This document shows, in pieces, positions 16,727 through 25,426 of a stretch of 32,000 nt of DNA (within the stretch, counting starts at the first letter, position 1; each line of letters opens with the position of its first letter). This DNA is from Mycolicibacterium smegmatis (GTDB lineage: Bacteria > Actinomycetota > Actinomycetes > Mycobacteriales > Mycobacteriaceae). The DNA lies in the NCBI RefSeq assembly GCF_001457595.1, contig NZ_LN831039.1, positions 780,001 to 812,000 on the forward strand, in the 5' to 3' direction. The notes beneath the pieces were generated by a model. That model saw nothing but the letters and a program-made list of their open reading frames with translations. It was not told the origin of the DNA and searched no databases. The position numbers and the translations under genes were made by a program.

Positions 16727-16843
16727 ACGGTGCGGACGAAGGATAGCAACTCGGCCTACGAAGGGGATAGCCGCGGGTAGTGAGGCGGCGTGTGGCACCC
16801 GGATGGGGGTTCCTGAGCACACCGTGACCGATACTCTCGTCGG

Positions 16844-17413
16844 GTGCTGCTTTCCGATCGTGACATCCGGGCCGAGATCGCCGCGAAACGACTGGCCCTC
16901 GAGCCGTTCGACGATGCCCTGGTGCAGCCGTCGAGCGTCGATGTGCGGCTCGACCGCATGTTCCGGGTGTTCAACAACACCCGGTACACGCACATCGACC
17001 CCGCGATGCAGCAGGACGAACTGACCACGCTGGTCGAACCGGCCGAGGGCGAGCCGTTCGTCCTGCATCCGGGGGAATTCGTGCTGGGGTCGACGCTGGA
17101 GCTGTGCACGCTGCCCGACGACCTGGCCGGCCGGTTGGAGGGCAAGTCGTCGCTCGGGCGCCTGGGCCTGCTGACGCACTCGACCGCGGGCTTCATCGAT
17201 CCGGGGTTCTCCGGGCACATCACCCTGGAGCTGTCGAACGTCGCGAACCTGCCCATCACGTTGTGGCCGGGGATGAAGATCGGGCAGCTGTGCCTGCTGC
17301 GGCTCACCAGCCCGGCCGAGAATCCGTACGGCAGCGCCGCGGTGGGGTCGAAATACCAGGGGCAGCGTGGGCCGACGCCGTCGCGCTCGCACCTCAACTT
17401 CATCAAGTCCTGA
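16844..17413 (+). CDS. dcd: dCTP deaminase (in mycobacteria, bifunctional dCTP deaminase/dUTPase)
   Basis: The translation (V)[11 protein letters not shown]...[35 protein letters not shown]...GQLCLLRL matches Dcd over the full length. The start is GTG. Confidence 0.93.
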   Translation: MLLSDRDIRAEIAAKRLALEPFDDALVQPSSVDVRLDRMFRVFNNTRYTHIDPAMQQDELTTLVEPAEGEPFVLHPGEFVLGSTLELCTLPDDLAGRLEGKSSLGRLGLLTHSTAGFIDPGFSGHITLELSNVANLPITLWPGMKIGQLCLLRLTSPAENPYGSAAVGSKYQGQRGPTPSRSHLNFIKS

Positions 17414-17705
17414 CGCGCGCCTGCCGTGTGAACGGTGAGACGCAAGTGAATTGGCGAACGTGGGATATCCCTCAAAGCGGATGAACTGATCCGCGCCGGG
17501 CGTCGTATAGCCGAGTAGGGTCGAAAAGTACCGACGTCGGTAGTGAGCAGCAGTGGGGGTCCGACCGGAACTGAAGCGTGTCAGCTAACGCGTTCGGGTG
17601 TAACGAATGCGCCGGCTGCATCGATGAAGTTTCTAGTTGTCGGCTCGTGCGGACTGCGCGCAAATTGGCGACTTGGGCAGTGCAGCAAACACTTTGGAGG
17701 GCATA

Positions 17706-19385
17706 GTGGACATCGTACTGGGTGTGTCGATGACACCCACGACGGTCCGCATGGTGCTGGTCGAGGGGGAGAACGCCGACGGGATCACCGTCGATCACGA
17801 CGTCTTCGACGTCACCGCCGTGGAAGATGCGGCAACGATGAGCGCGGCCGATCAGGTCGTCGCAGCAATTCTCGGAACCCAAGAGAGCGCCGACGCGGGC
17901 GGGCATCATCTCAAGTCGATCGGTGTCACGTGGAGTGATCACTCCGACGCGTCCGCGCTACGCGACTCGCTGACCGCACACGGCATCGACGACGTCATGC
18001 TGGTCTCCGAAGGCCACGCCGCCGCAGCCCTCGCCCAGGCCGTCGGACGCGCCGTCGGCTACGACACCACCGCGCTGCTGTTCATCGACCGTGACGCCGC
18101 GACCCTGTCGGTGGTGCAGACCGAGGACGGCTCGGTGGTCAAGGTGCTCGGCAGCTCGCTGCACAGCACCGACGCGATGGCCGTCCTGAGCGACATGGCC
18201 GCCGCCGTCGCCGCCCAGGAGACCCCGCCCGACGGCATGTTCATCGTGGGCTCGGGCGTCGACGTCAGCTCCGTCAAGGAGCACCTGCAGCACCTCGTGT
18301 CGATGCCCGTCAACGCCCCGGAGGAACCCGAGCTGGCGCTGGCCCGCGGCGCCGCGCTGGCCTCGGCCACCGCGCCCGCGCTGGAGGCCTCCACCGTGGG
18401 GCTGGCGTACTCGCAGGATCCCGACGGCCCGACCGCGGGCAGCGCGTACGCGCTCGCCGGTCTGGACACCCAGCTCGCCCCGGCCGGGAGCGACCTGGGC
18501 AGCCTCGTGGACGGTGGAGTCGACGAACTCGACCCCGCCGTGTTCAACGAGGTCGCCGCCGCCGACGAGGAGCGCAAGCCGTTCCTGCTGGTGGGCAGCG
18601 CGTTGACCTCGGTGTTCGTCATCGGCGTCGTCGCACTGGTCATCTCGCTCGCGGTGAGCATCCGCCCGACGGTCGACCAGCGGCCCGCCCCCGCGCAGGG
18701 CGCCGTGGTGCCCACCGCGCCCGTGGCCAAAGCACCCGCACCGGCCCCGGCGCCCGAGGCGAAGCCCGTGCAGGAGGCGCCGCCGCCCGCGCCGCCTCCG
18801 GAGACCATCAAAGCTCCGGTTCCGGTGGTCCAGGAGGCCCCGCAGCCCCAGGCTCCGCCGCGCACGGTGTACGTGGAGCAACCGCAGGCACCCGCCCCGG
18901 CCCCGGCGGCGCCGCCACCGGCACCCGAGGCGCCACCACCTGCTCCCGTGGCACCGGTGCTGCCTGCGCCGGCGCCGGTCTACCAACCGCCGGGATACAT
19001 CCCGCCCGTCGTGGTGCTGCCGCGCGTCCCGTCGATCTTCCGCCCGCCGTGGGAGCCCCAGCGGCCACCACAGCAGAATCCGTGGAACCCGCCATGGGAT
19101 CCGCCGAAGCAGGCCCCGAAGCCGCAATGGCCCGGATCGGGCCCCGGTGGCTGGGATCCGGGCCCGGGTCGTGGCTCCGACAACGGGCCCGGCCGCGGTG
19201 GCGGTGACAACGACTGGAACCCCGGACGTGGATCGGGTGGCCCCGGCCGCGGTGACTCCGGCAACAGCGGCTGGAATCCCGGCTCGGGTGGTGGCCGCAA
19301 CGGTGGCGGCGGTGGTCACAACGGTGGCGGTCACAACGGTGGCGGCCCGGTGTGGCCGTTCCCGTTCGGTGGCGGTCACCACTAG
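17706..19385 (+). CDS. Membrane protein: mycobacterial Rv0312-like N-terminal domain, one TM helix, Pro-rich region and a Gly/Asn/Trp-rich tail
   Basis: GTG at 17706 lies 6 nt after GGAGGG. The N-terminus VDIVLGVSMTPTTVRMVLVEGENADGITVD resembles the opening of mycobacterial Pro/Thr-rich Rv0312-type (DUF7159-like) proteins. The TM helix is FLLVGSALTSVFVIGVVALVISLAV. After it the sequence is low-complexity Pro-rich, ending GPGRG/WNPG/GGHNGG. Confidence 0.75.
   Translation: MDIVLGVSMTPTTVRMVLVEGENADGITVDHDVFDVTAVEDAATMSAADQVVAAILGTQESADAGGHHLKSIGVTWSDHSDASALRDSLTAHGIDDVMLVSEGHAAAALAQAVGRAVGYDTTALLFIDRDAATLSVVQTEDGSVVKVLGSSLHSTDAMAVLSDMAAAVAAQETPPDGMFIVGSGVDVSSVKEHLQHLVSMPVNAPEEPELALARGAALASATAPALEASTVGLAYSQDPDGPTAGSAYALAGLDTQLAPAGSDLGSLVDGGVDELDPAVFNEVAAADEERKPFLLVGSALTSVFVIGVVALVISLAVSIRPTVDQRPAPAQGAVVPTAPVAKAPAPAPAPEAKPVQEAPPPAPPPETIKAPVPVVQEAPQPQAPPRTVYVEQPQAPAPAPAAPPPAPEAPPPAPVAPVLPAPAPVYQPPGYIPPVVVLPRVPSIFRPPWEPQRPPQQNPWNPPWDPPKQAPKPQWPGSGPGGWDPGPGRGSDNGPGRGGGDNDWNPGRGSGGPGRGDSGNSGWNPGSGGGRNGGGGGHNGGGHNGGGPVWPFPFGGGHH
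19314..19343 (+). repeat. Perfect 15-nt tandem duplication (GGTCACAACGGTGGC x2) encoding GHNGG-GHNGG
   Basis: The repeat is visible directly in the sequence, near the 3' end of the 17706 gene. Confidence 0.8.
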
Positions 19386-19388
19386 CCA

Positions 19389-19410
19389 CCAACTCCTCAC
19401 CCGAAGTTGG
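19389..19410 (+). terminator. Weak hairpin after the 17706-19385 gene
   Basis: CCAACT-(10 nt)-AGTTGG begins 4 nt after the stop codon. There is no U-tract. Confidence 0.3.
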
Positions 19411-19466
19411 TCTGCCGCTTGATGTCGCGTAGCGGGTAGCTCATCGCCGCTGCCTATAGAGGCAGT

Positions 19467-20813
19467 ATGCGATGCACAGTGTTCGGCACCGGCTATCTGG
19501 GCGCGACCCACGCCGCGGGAATGGCCGAACTCGGCCATGAGGTCATCGGGGTCGACATCGACCCCGGCAAGGTGGCCAAACTGGCCTCCGGCGACATCCC
19601 GTTCTACGAACCCGGCCTGCGAAAAGTCCTGAACGACAACCTTTCCGCGGGCCGGTTGCGGTTCACCACCGACTACGACGAGGCCGCCGACTTCGCCGAC
19701 GTGCACTTCCTGGGGGTGGGCACCCCGCAGAAGAAGGGCGAGTACGGCGCCGACCTGCGCCACGTGCACGCCGTCATCGACACGCTGGTGCCGCGTCTGC
19801 GGCGCAACGCGGTGATCGTCGGCAAGTCCACCGTGCCCGTCGGCACCGCGGCCGATCTCGCGCAGCGCGCCGCGCTGCTCGCCCCGCCCGGCGTCGACGT
19901 CGAGATCGCCTGGAACCCCGAGTTCCTGCGCGAGGGCTTCGCGGTGCACGACACGCTGCATCCCGACCGCGTGGTGCTCGGCGTGCAACCTGGCTCGACG
20001 CGCGCGGAAGCCGCGGTGCGTGACCTGTACGGGCCGCTGATCGCCGACGGAGTGCCGTTTCTGGTGACCGATCTGCAGACCGCCGAGCTGGTCAAGGTCG
20101 CGGCGAACGCGTTTCTGGCGACCAAGATCTCGTTCATCAACGCCATCTCGGAGGTGTGTGAGGCCGCTGACGCCGACGTGACCGTGCTGGCCGACGCGCT
20201 GGGCCACGACCCCCGCATCGGGCGGCGATTCCTCAACGCCGGGTTGGGTTTCGGCGGCGGCTGCCTGCCCAAGGATATCCGTGCGTTCATGGCGCGCGCC
20301 GGGGAACTCGGCGCCAACCACGCGCTGACGTTCCTGCGCGAGGTCGACAGCATCAACATGCGCAGGCGCACCGCGATGGTCGAACTGGCCACCCGCGCCT
20401 GCGGCGGTTCGCTGCTGGGCGCCAACATCGCGGTGCTGGGTGCGGCGTTCAAACCCGAATCCGACGACGTGCGCGACTCCCCGGCGCTCAACGTCGCGGG
20501 CATGCTGCAACTCAACGGCGCCACGGTCAACGTGTACGACCCCAAGGCCGTCGAGAACTCGCGACGGCTTTTCCCCACCCTGACCTATGCGACGACGGTG
20601 GCCGAGGCGTGCGAACGCGCCGATGCGGTGCTGGTGCTCACCGAATGGTCCGAATTCGTCGACCTTGACCCCGCGGCGCTGGACGGCACGGTGCGCGCCA
20701 AAGTCGTTGTGGACGGCCGCAACTGCCTGGACATCGACCGCTGGCGGCGAGCCGGCTGGCGGGTGTACGCGTTGGGCCGCCGTGTGGAGAAACAGACCGT
20801 GCGGCAGTTGTAG
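19467..20813 (+). CDS. udgA: UDP-glucose 6-dehydrogenase
   Basis: The N-terminal Rossmann motif is CTVFGTGYLGATHAAGMAELGHEV. The catalytic cysteine motif is GLGFGGGCLPKDI. The C-terminal UDP-binding region includes AFKPESDDVRDSPAL. AGAGG precedes the ATG. Confidence 0.92.
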   Translation: MRCTVFGTGYLGATHAAGMAELGHEVIGVDIDPGKVAKLASGDIPFYEPGLRKVLNDNLSAGRLRFTTDYDEAADFADVHFLGVGTPQKKGEYGADLRHVHAVIDTLVPRLRRNAVIVGKSTVPVGTAADLAQRAALLAPPGVDVEIAWNPEFLREGFAVHDTLHPDRVVLGVQPGSTRAEAAVRDLYGPLIADGVPFLVTDLQTAELVKVAANAFLATKISFINAISEVCEAADADVTVLADALGHDPRIGRRFLNAGLGFGGGCLPKDIRAFMARAGELGANHALTFLREVDSINMRRRTAMVELATRACGGSLLGANIAVLGAAFKPESDDVRDSPALNVAGMLQLNGATVNVYDPKAVENSRRLFPTLTYATTVAEACERADAVLVLTEWSEFVDLDPAALDGTVRAKVVVDGRNCLDIDRWRRAGWRVYALGRRVEKQTVRQL

Positions 20814-20842
20814 CGCCAGTTTGCCGTCCGTACGCTCAGGGC

Positions 20843-22159
20843 ATGCGGGAACGACTCCGGTGGATGGCGTTGCACGGCTTCGTTCGGAGCATGGCCACAC
20901 TCGGTCTGCGTCGCGGTGATCCGCAGGCCCGGCTGATCGCCGACCCGGTCGTGCGTGCGGATCCCACGACGTTCGCCGACCAGATGCGCAAGCAGGGCCC
21001 GGTGATCCGCGGCCGCGTGGTGCTGCTGACGTTCGACCACGCGGTGGCGTTCGACCTGCTGCGCTCCGACGACTTCCAGGTGAGCCAGCTCGGCGCGAAC
21101 CTGCCGAAACCGCTGCGCTGGATCGCCGACAAGACCAACCCGGGCCTGCTGCACCCGATCGAACCGCCATCGCTGCTGTCGATCGAGCCGCCCGACCACA
21201 CCCGCATGCGCAAGCTCGTGTCCTCGGTGTTCACCACGCGCGCGGTGGCCACGCTGCGCGAACGTGTGGAGCAGACCGCGCACGAGCTGCTCGACGGATT
21301 GGAGGCCGAGTCGGGTGTGGTCGACATCGTCGAGCGGTACTGTGCGCAGCTTCCCGTCGCGGTGATCGGCGACATCCTCGGCGTGCCCGAACCCGACCGG
21401 CCCAACATCCTGCGCTACGGCGAACTCGGCGCGCCGAGCCTCGACATCGGCCTGTCCTGGAGCCAGTACCAGCAGGTCAACGAGGGCATCATCGGGTTCG
21501 AGACGTGGCTCAACCGGCACCTGCGCACCCTGCGCCGCGACCCGGGGGACGACCTGCTGAGCCAGATCATCACCGCGTCCGAAAGCGGGGCCACCGGTGA
21601 GCCGCTGACCGACCGCGAGCTCAAGGCGCTGGCCGGCCTGGTACTCGCGGCCGGCTTCGAGACCACCGTGAACCTGCTGGGCAACGGCATCCGGATGCTG
21701 CTGGACCACCGCGAGCACCTGGAGACTCTCGCGGCGCGTCCCGACGTGTGGCCCAACGCGGTCGAGGAGATCCTGCGGCTGGACTCTCCGGTGCAGATGA
21801 CCGCCCGCGCGGCCGTGCGCGACGTCGACGTCGCCGGCACCGCCGTCGGGCGCGACGAACTGGTGGTGCTGCACATCGCGGGCGCCAACCGCGACCCCAA
21901 GGTCTTCGACGACCCGCACCGCTTCGACATCGAACGCGACAACGCCGGGCGGCACCTGTCGTTCTCGGGTGGGCGCCACTTCTGCCTGGGTGCGGCGCTG
22001 GCCCGCGCCGAGGGCGAGGTGGGTCTGCGGGCGTTCTTCGACCGCTTTCCCGACGCCCGGCTGGCCGGTGACCCGGTCCGTCGCGACACGCGGGTGCTGC
22101 GCGGGTGGTCGACTCTCCCGATTGCGCTCGGAAAGGCGCGCGCGGCGGTAGGTTCATGA
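20843..22159 (+). CDS. Cytochrome P450 (CYP135-like in size and architecture)
   Basis: The heme loop is FSGGRHFCLGAALARAE, the EXXR motif is EEILRLDSP, and the I-helix segment is LVLAAGFETTVNL. Confidence 0.9.
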   Translation: MRERLRWMALHGFVRSMATLGLRRGDPQARLIADPVVRADPTTFADQMRKQGPVIRGRVVLLTFDHAVAFDLLRSDDFQVSQLGANLPKPLRWIADKTNPGLLHPIEPPSLLSIEPPDHTRMRKLVSSVFTTRAVATLRERVEQTAHELLDGLEAESGVVDIVERYCAQLPVAVIGDILGVPEPDRPNILRYGELGAPSLDIGLSWSQYQQVNEGIIGFETWLNRHLRTLRRDPGDDLLSQIITASESGATGEPLTDRELKALAGLVLAAGFETTVNLLGNGIRMLLDHREHLETLAARPDVWPNAVEEILRLDSPVQMTARAAVRDVDVAGTAVGRDELVVLHIAGANRDPKVFDDPHRFDIERDNAGRHLSFSGGRHFCLGAALARAEGEVGLRAFFDRFPDARLAGDPVRRDTRVLRGWSTLPIALGKARAAVGS

Positions 22160-22160
22160 T

Positions 22161-22913
22161 GTGGATTTCCGAGCCGCTCTGCTCGACCAGACCCGCGCCT
22201 TCGGAGAGCTGATCGCCTCCGGCGATCCTGACACGCCCGTCCCCACCTGCCCGGACTGGACGTTGCGTCAGCTTCTCCGACATGTTGGACGCGGAAACCG
22301 TTGGGCCGCACAGATAATCAGTGACCGACTCTCACAGGAACTGGACCCGCGCCAGGTTCGTGACGGTAAACCGCCCGACGACCCCCAGGGGGCCATCGAA
22401 TGGCTCAACGCCGGCGCGGCCCTGATCGTCAAGGCCGTCGACCAGGTGGGCTCCGAGGCCCGCGTCTGGACGTTCCTGGGGCCACGGCCCGCCGGCTGGT
22501 GGATCCGGCGCCGGGCCAACGAGGTCGCGGTGCACCGCGCCGACGCCGCGATCGCGCTGGGCGCCGACTACGACCTGCCTCTCGAACTGGCCGCCGACGC
22601 GATCAGCGAATGGCTTGAGCGCACATGCGTCGAAGCCAAGCGCCACCACCGGGTTCCGCTGGCGTTCGGCCAGAGCGTGCACCTGCACGCCACCGACGAC
22701 GGCCTGGGCCCGACGGGCGAGTGGACCCTGGTCAACGACGAGGACGGCGTGGGCTGGTCGCACGACCACGGCAAGGGTTCGGTGGCCCTGCGCGGCCCCG
22801 CCAAAGACCTGCTGCTGGCCATCACCGGCCGTCGCACCCCGGCCGACCTGGGTCTCGAGGTGTTCGGCGACACGGAGGTCTGGGACAAGATGCTGGCCGC
22901 CGCGCCGTTCTGA
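22161..22913 (+). CDS. Maleylpyruvate-isomerase-family, mycothiol-dependent (DinB-fold) protein
   Basis: GTG at 22161 is one nucleotide after the P450 stop. The N-terminal DinB/MDMPI-type segment reads LLDQTRAFGELI...TCPDWTLRQLLRHVGRGNRWAAQII. The C-terminal region has the HLHATD...W motif typical of the family. Confidence 0.75.
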   Translation: MDFRAALLDQTRAFGELIASGDPDTPVPTCPDWTLRQLLRHVGRGNRWAAQIISDRLSQELDPRQVRDGKPPDDPQGAIEWLNAGAALIVKAVDQVGSEARVWTFLGPRPAGWWIRRRANEVAVHRADAAIALGADYDLPLELAADAISEWLERTCVEAKRHHRVPLAFGQSVHLHATDDGLGPTGEWTLVNDEDGVGWSHDHGKGSVALRGPAKDLLLAITGRRTPADLGLEVFGDTEVWDKMLAAAPF

Positions 22914-22931
22914 GTGGCGTACCTTGCCTTC

Positions 22932-23300
22932 ATGACCACATCCGAGATCGCGACGGTTCTGGCCTGGCACGACGCGCTCAACGACAAGGACTTCGACACC
23001 CTGGTCTCCTTGTCCAGCGACGACATCGAGGTCGGCGACACGTCCGGCGCCGTCCAGGGTAACGCGGCGTTGCGCCGGTGGGCCGAAGCGGCAGGCATCA
23101 GCGTCACCCCGGGCCGGATGTACGTCCACGACGGTGTCGTGGTGGCCGAGCAGACGATCACCCGCGCCGACGGCAGCACCGCAGCCGGCGCCTCGGCGTT
23201 CCGTGTGGTGCGCGACCACGTCACGTCGGTGTTCCGCCACGACGACCTGGCCTCGGCGCTGGCCGCGACCGACCTCGATGAGGACGATCTGGCCGGCTGA
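22932..23300 (+). CDS. SnoaL-like / NTF2-superfamily protein
   Basis: MTTSEIATVLAWHDALNDKDFDTLVSLSSDDIEV is a typical SnoaL_2 opening. An alternative GTG start at 22914 abuts the previous stop codon. Confidence 0.6.
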   Translation: MTTSEIATVLAWHDALNDKDFDTLVSLSSDDIEVGDTSGAVQGNAALRRWAEAAGISVTPGRMYVHDGVVVAEQTITRADGSTAAGASAFRVVRDHVTSVFRHDDLASALAATDLDEDDLAG

Positions 23301-23312
23301 GTGGTGTTGCGG

Positions 23313-24866
23313 TCACACCAGTTTCGGTAGGCCAGCCAGCACCTTGTCGACGGTCACCGGGAGATTGCGCACCCGCACCCCGGTCGCGTGATACACCGCG
23401 TTGACCACGGCAGAGGCCGACCCGACGATGCCGATCTCCCCGGCGCCGCGTGAACCCATCGGGTTGAGGTACTCGTCGGCCTCATCGAGCCAGATGGCGT
23501 CGATATCAGCCACATCGGCGTGTGCGCTGATGTGATAGGTCGCGAGATCCTGTGTGACGACGTGGCCGAACCGCGGATCGCGCACGCTCTCCTCGTGCAA
23601 CGCCATCGACAGGCCCATCGTCATGCCGCCGATCAACTGCGACCGCAACGTACGGGCGTTGATCACCCGGCCGACCGAGAACACTCCCAGCATCCGCGGG
23701 ACCCTGATCTCGCCGGTGTCGGCGTTGACGTGTGCCTCGACGAAGTGCGCGCCGAACGATTGCATCGTGACGCCGTCGGCGTCGGGATTCTCCGGTGACT
23801 GCGCGACGGTCGTCGCGCCGACGGCGGGCGGATCACCATGGTCGGCGCGGAACTGCCGCGCCGCCGCGACGATCGCCGAACCCCACGACGTGATACCCGA
23901 CGAGCCACCGGCCACCGATGCCTCCGGCAGGTCGGTGTCGCCGATCTGCAGGTCCACGGCCGCCAGATCGCAGGCGAGGGCGTCGGCAGCGATCTGCGAC
24001 AGCGTGGTCCACGTCCCGGTACCGATGTCGGCCGCACCGATCTGCACGGTGTAACGGCCCTCGGCGGCATAGGTGATGCGCGCCGAGTTTCCCGGCATCG
24101 CCTTACCCGGGTAGGTCGCCGCGGCGACCCCCGTGCCGATCAGCCATTCCCCGTCGCGGCGCGCCGCGGGCCGCGGATCGCGTGCGGCCCAGCCGAAGCG
24201 GTCCGCCCCCAGGCGCAGGCAGTCCACGAGATGACGGCCCGACCACGGCTTACCCGTTTCCGGGTCGACCTCAGGATCGTTGCGCACACGCAGTTCGATC
24301 GGGTCGAGGCCGCAGGCCACCGCGAGTTCGTCCATCGCGACCTCGGCCGCGTAGGTGCCCGGGCATTCGCCGGGCGCGCGCATCCAGAACGGGATCGCGA
24401 CATCGAGTGCCGCGAGCTTGTGGGTGGTGCGGCGGTTGGCGGCGCTGTACATCTTGCGCGAGGTGATCGCGGTCTGTTCGGCGAACTCCTTGACCGCCGA
24501 CGTCTGTTCGACAACGTCGTGCACCAGCGCGGTGATGCGGCCGTCGTGATCGGCGCCCAGCCGGATCCGCTGGATGGTCGGTGTGCGGTAGCCGACGAGC
24601 GAGAACATCTGCTGGCGCGTCAGCGCGAGTTTCACGGGCCGGCCGTCGCTGCGTTGCGCCGCGAGGATCGCCAGCACGTTGTGCGCGTGCGGTGCACCCT
24701 TCGAGCCGAATCCGCCGCCGACATGTGGTGCGATCACGCGGATCTGCTCGGGTTCCAGGCCGAAGATCGGCGCCAGCGCCTTGCGCACCGCGTGCACGCC
24801 CTGCGTCGAGTCGTACAGCACGACAGCAGGTTTGCCGCTGTCACCGAGACCCCACTGCGCGATCAC
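23313..24866 (-). CDS. Xanthine dehydrogenase/aldehyde oxidase-family molybdopterin-binding subunit, C-terminal fragment (517 aa; fragment 2 of 2)
   Basis: (V)[22 protein letters not shown]...APHVGGGFGSKG is the conserved continuation of the MEPHA motif in this family. GTG at 24866 overlaps the upstream stop codon (GTGA). Confidence 0.85.
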   Translation of the reverse strand: MIAQWGLGDSGKPAVVLYDSTQGVHAVRKALAPIFGLEPEQIRVIAPHVGGGFGSKGAPHAHNVLAILAAQRSDGRPVKLALTRQQMFSLVGYRTPTIQRIRLGADHDGRITALVHDVVEQTSAVKEFAEQTAITSRKMYSAANRRTTHKLAALDVAIPFWMRAPGECPGTYAAEVAMDELAVACGLDPIELRVRNDPEVDPETGKPWSGRHLVDCLRLGADRFGWAARDPRPAARRDGEWLIGTGVAAATYPGKAMPGNSARITYAAEGRYTVQIGAADIGTGTWTTLSQIAADALACDLAAVDLQIGDTDLPEASVAGGSSGITSWGSAIVAAARQFRADHGDPPAVGATTVAQSPENPDADGVTMQSFGAHFVEAHVNADTGEIRVPRMLGVFSVGRVINARTLRSQLIGGMTMGLSMALHEESVRDPRFGHVVTQDLATYHISAHADVADIDAIWLDEADEYLNPMGSRGAGEIGIVGSASAVVNAVYHATGVRVRNLPVTVDKVLAGLPKLV

Positions 24867-25426
24867 GCATGCGGCTCCATCGGGTTGTTGTGCTCGATAG
24901 GCGTCTCGTAGGTCTCGTCGACGGTCACCGCGGCCTGCGCGAGCGCGGCCTCCACATCGCCGTCGTCGGTGTCGGGTTCTTCGCCGCCGTTGACCTCGTC
25001 GGGCGTGTACAGACCCGGGTGATCGGCGCGCAGTTCGGTGTCGTGTGGCTCCTGCAGATACTCGACGCGGACCAGAGCCGCTGCTTCCCTGGCGGTTTCG
25101 GCAGACTCGGCGAGTACGCCGCCGATGATCTGACCACGGAAGTGCACGCGGTCGTCCTGCAGGATCGCGAACTCGCCGTCGGAGGTGTCGGCCAACTCCG
25201 GGGCGTCGAACACCGTGAGGATGCCGCGCACCCCGTCGAGTGCACGGGCCGCGGCGACGTCCATGGCCACCACGCGCCCGCGGGCGATGGTGGCCTGCAC
25301 AGGATGCAGATACAGCGCATTGTCGACGATGTGCTCGAACGCGTACGGCGCGGCGCCGGTGACCTTGGCGCGGCTCTCCTTGCGGATGACGGGCTGGCCG
25401 ATGGCGCGGGGTTCCAGGAGAGTCAC
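24863..25426 (-). CDS. Xanthine dehydrogenase/aldehyde oxidase-family molybdopterin-binding subunit, N-terminal a/b-hammerhead fragment (187 aa; fragment 1 of 2)
   Basis: GTG at 25426 overlaps the FAD-subunit stop (GTGA). The translation contains [23 protein letters not shown]...[11 protein letters not shown] and then TGA. The upstream part of the 248-aa ORF overlaps the FAD subunit and is not coding. Confidence 0.8.
   Translation of the reverse strand: MTLLEPRAIGQPVIRKESRAKVTGAAPYAFEHIVDNALYLHPVQATIARGRVVAMDVAAARALDGVRGILTVFDAPELADTSDGEFAILQDDRVHFRGQIIGGVLAESAETAREAAALVRVEYLQEPHDTELRADHPGLYTPDEVNGGEEPDTDDGDVEAALAQAAVTVDETYETPIEHNNPMEPHA

Noticed and set aside
12700-19400. Repetitive Pro-rich DNA (12700-12950, 13900-14080, 18700-19380) considered as possible CRISPR or VNTR arrays.
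   Set aside because: There is no regular repeat-spacer periodicity. All of these stretches are in-frame low-complexity coding sequence. Only two short true tandem duplications exist (14013-14060 and 19314-19343).
17958-21170. A very long minus-strand ORF of 1070 aa.
   Set aside because: It is antisense to two well-supported plus-strand genes, the Rv0312-like membrane protein and udgA. Its translation is Arg/Gly/Ala/Pro-rich with no recognisable motif. Long stop-free antisense frames are expected at this GC content.
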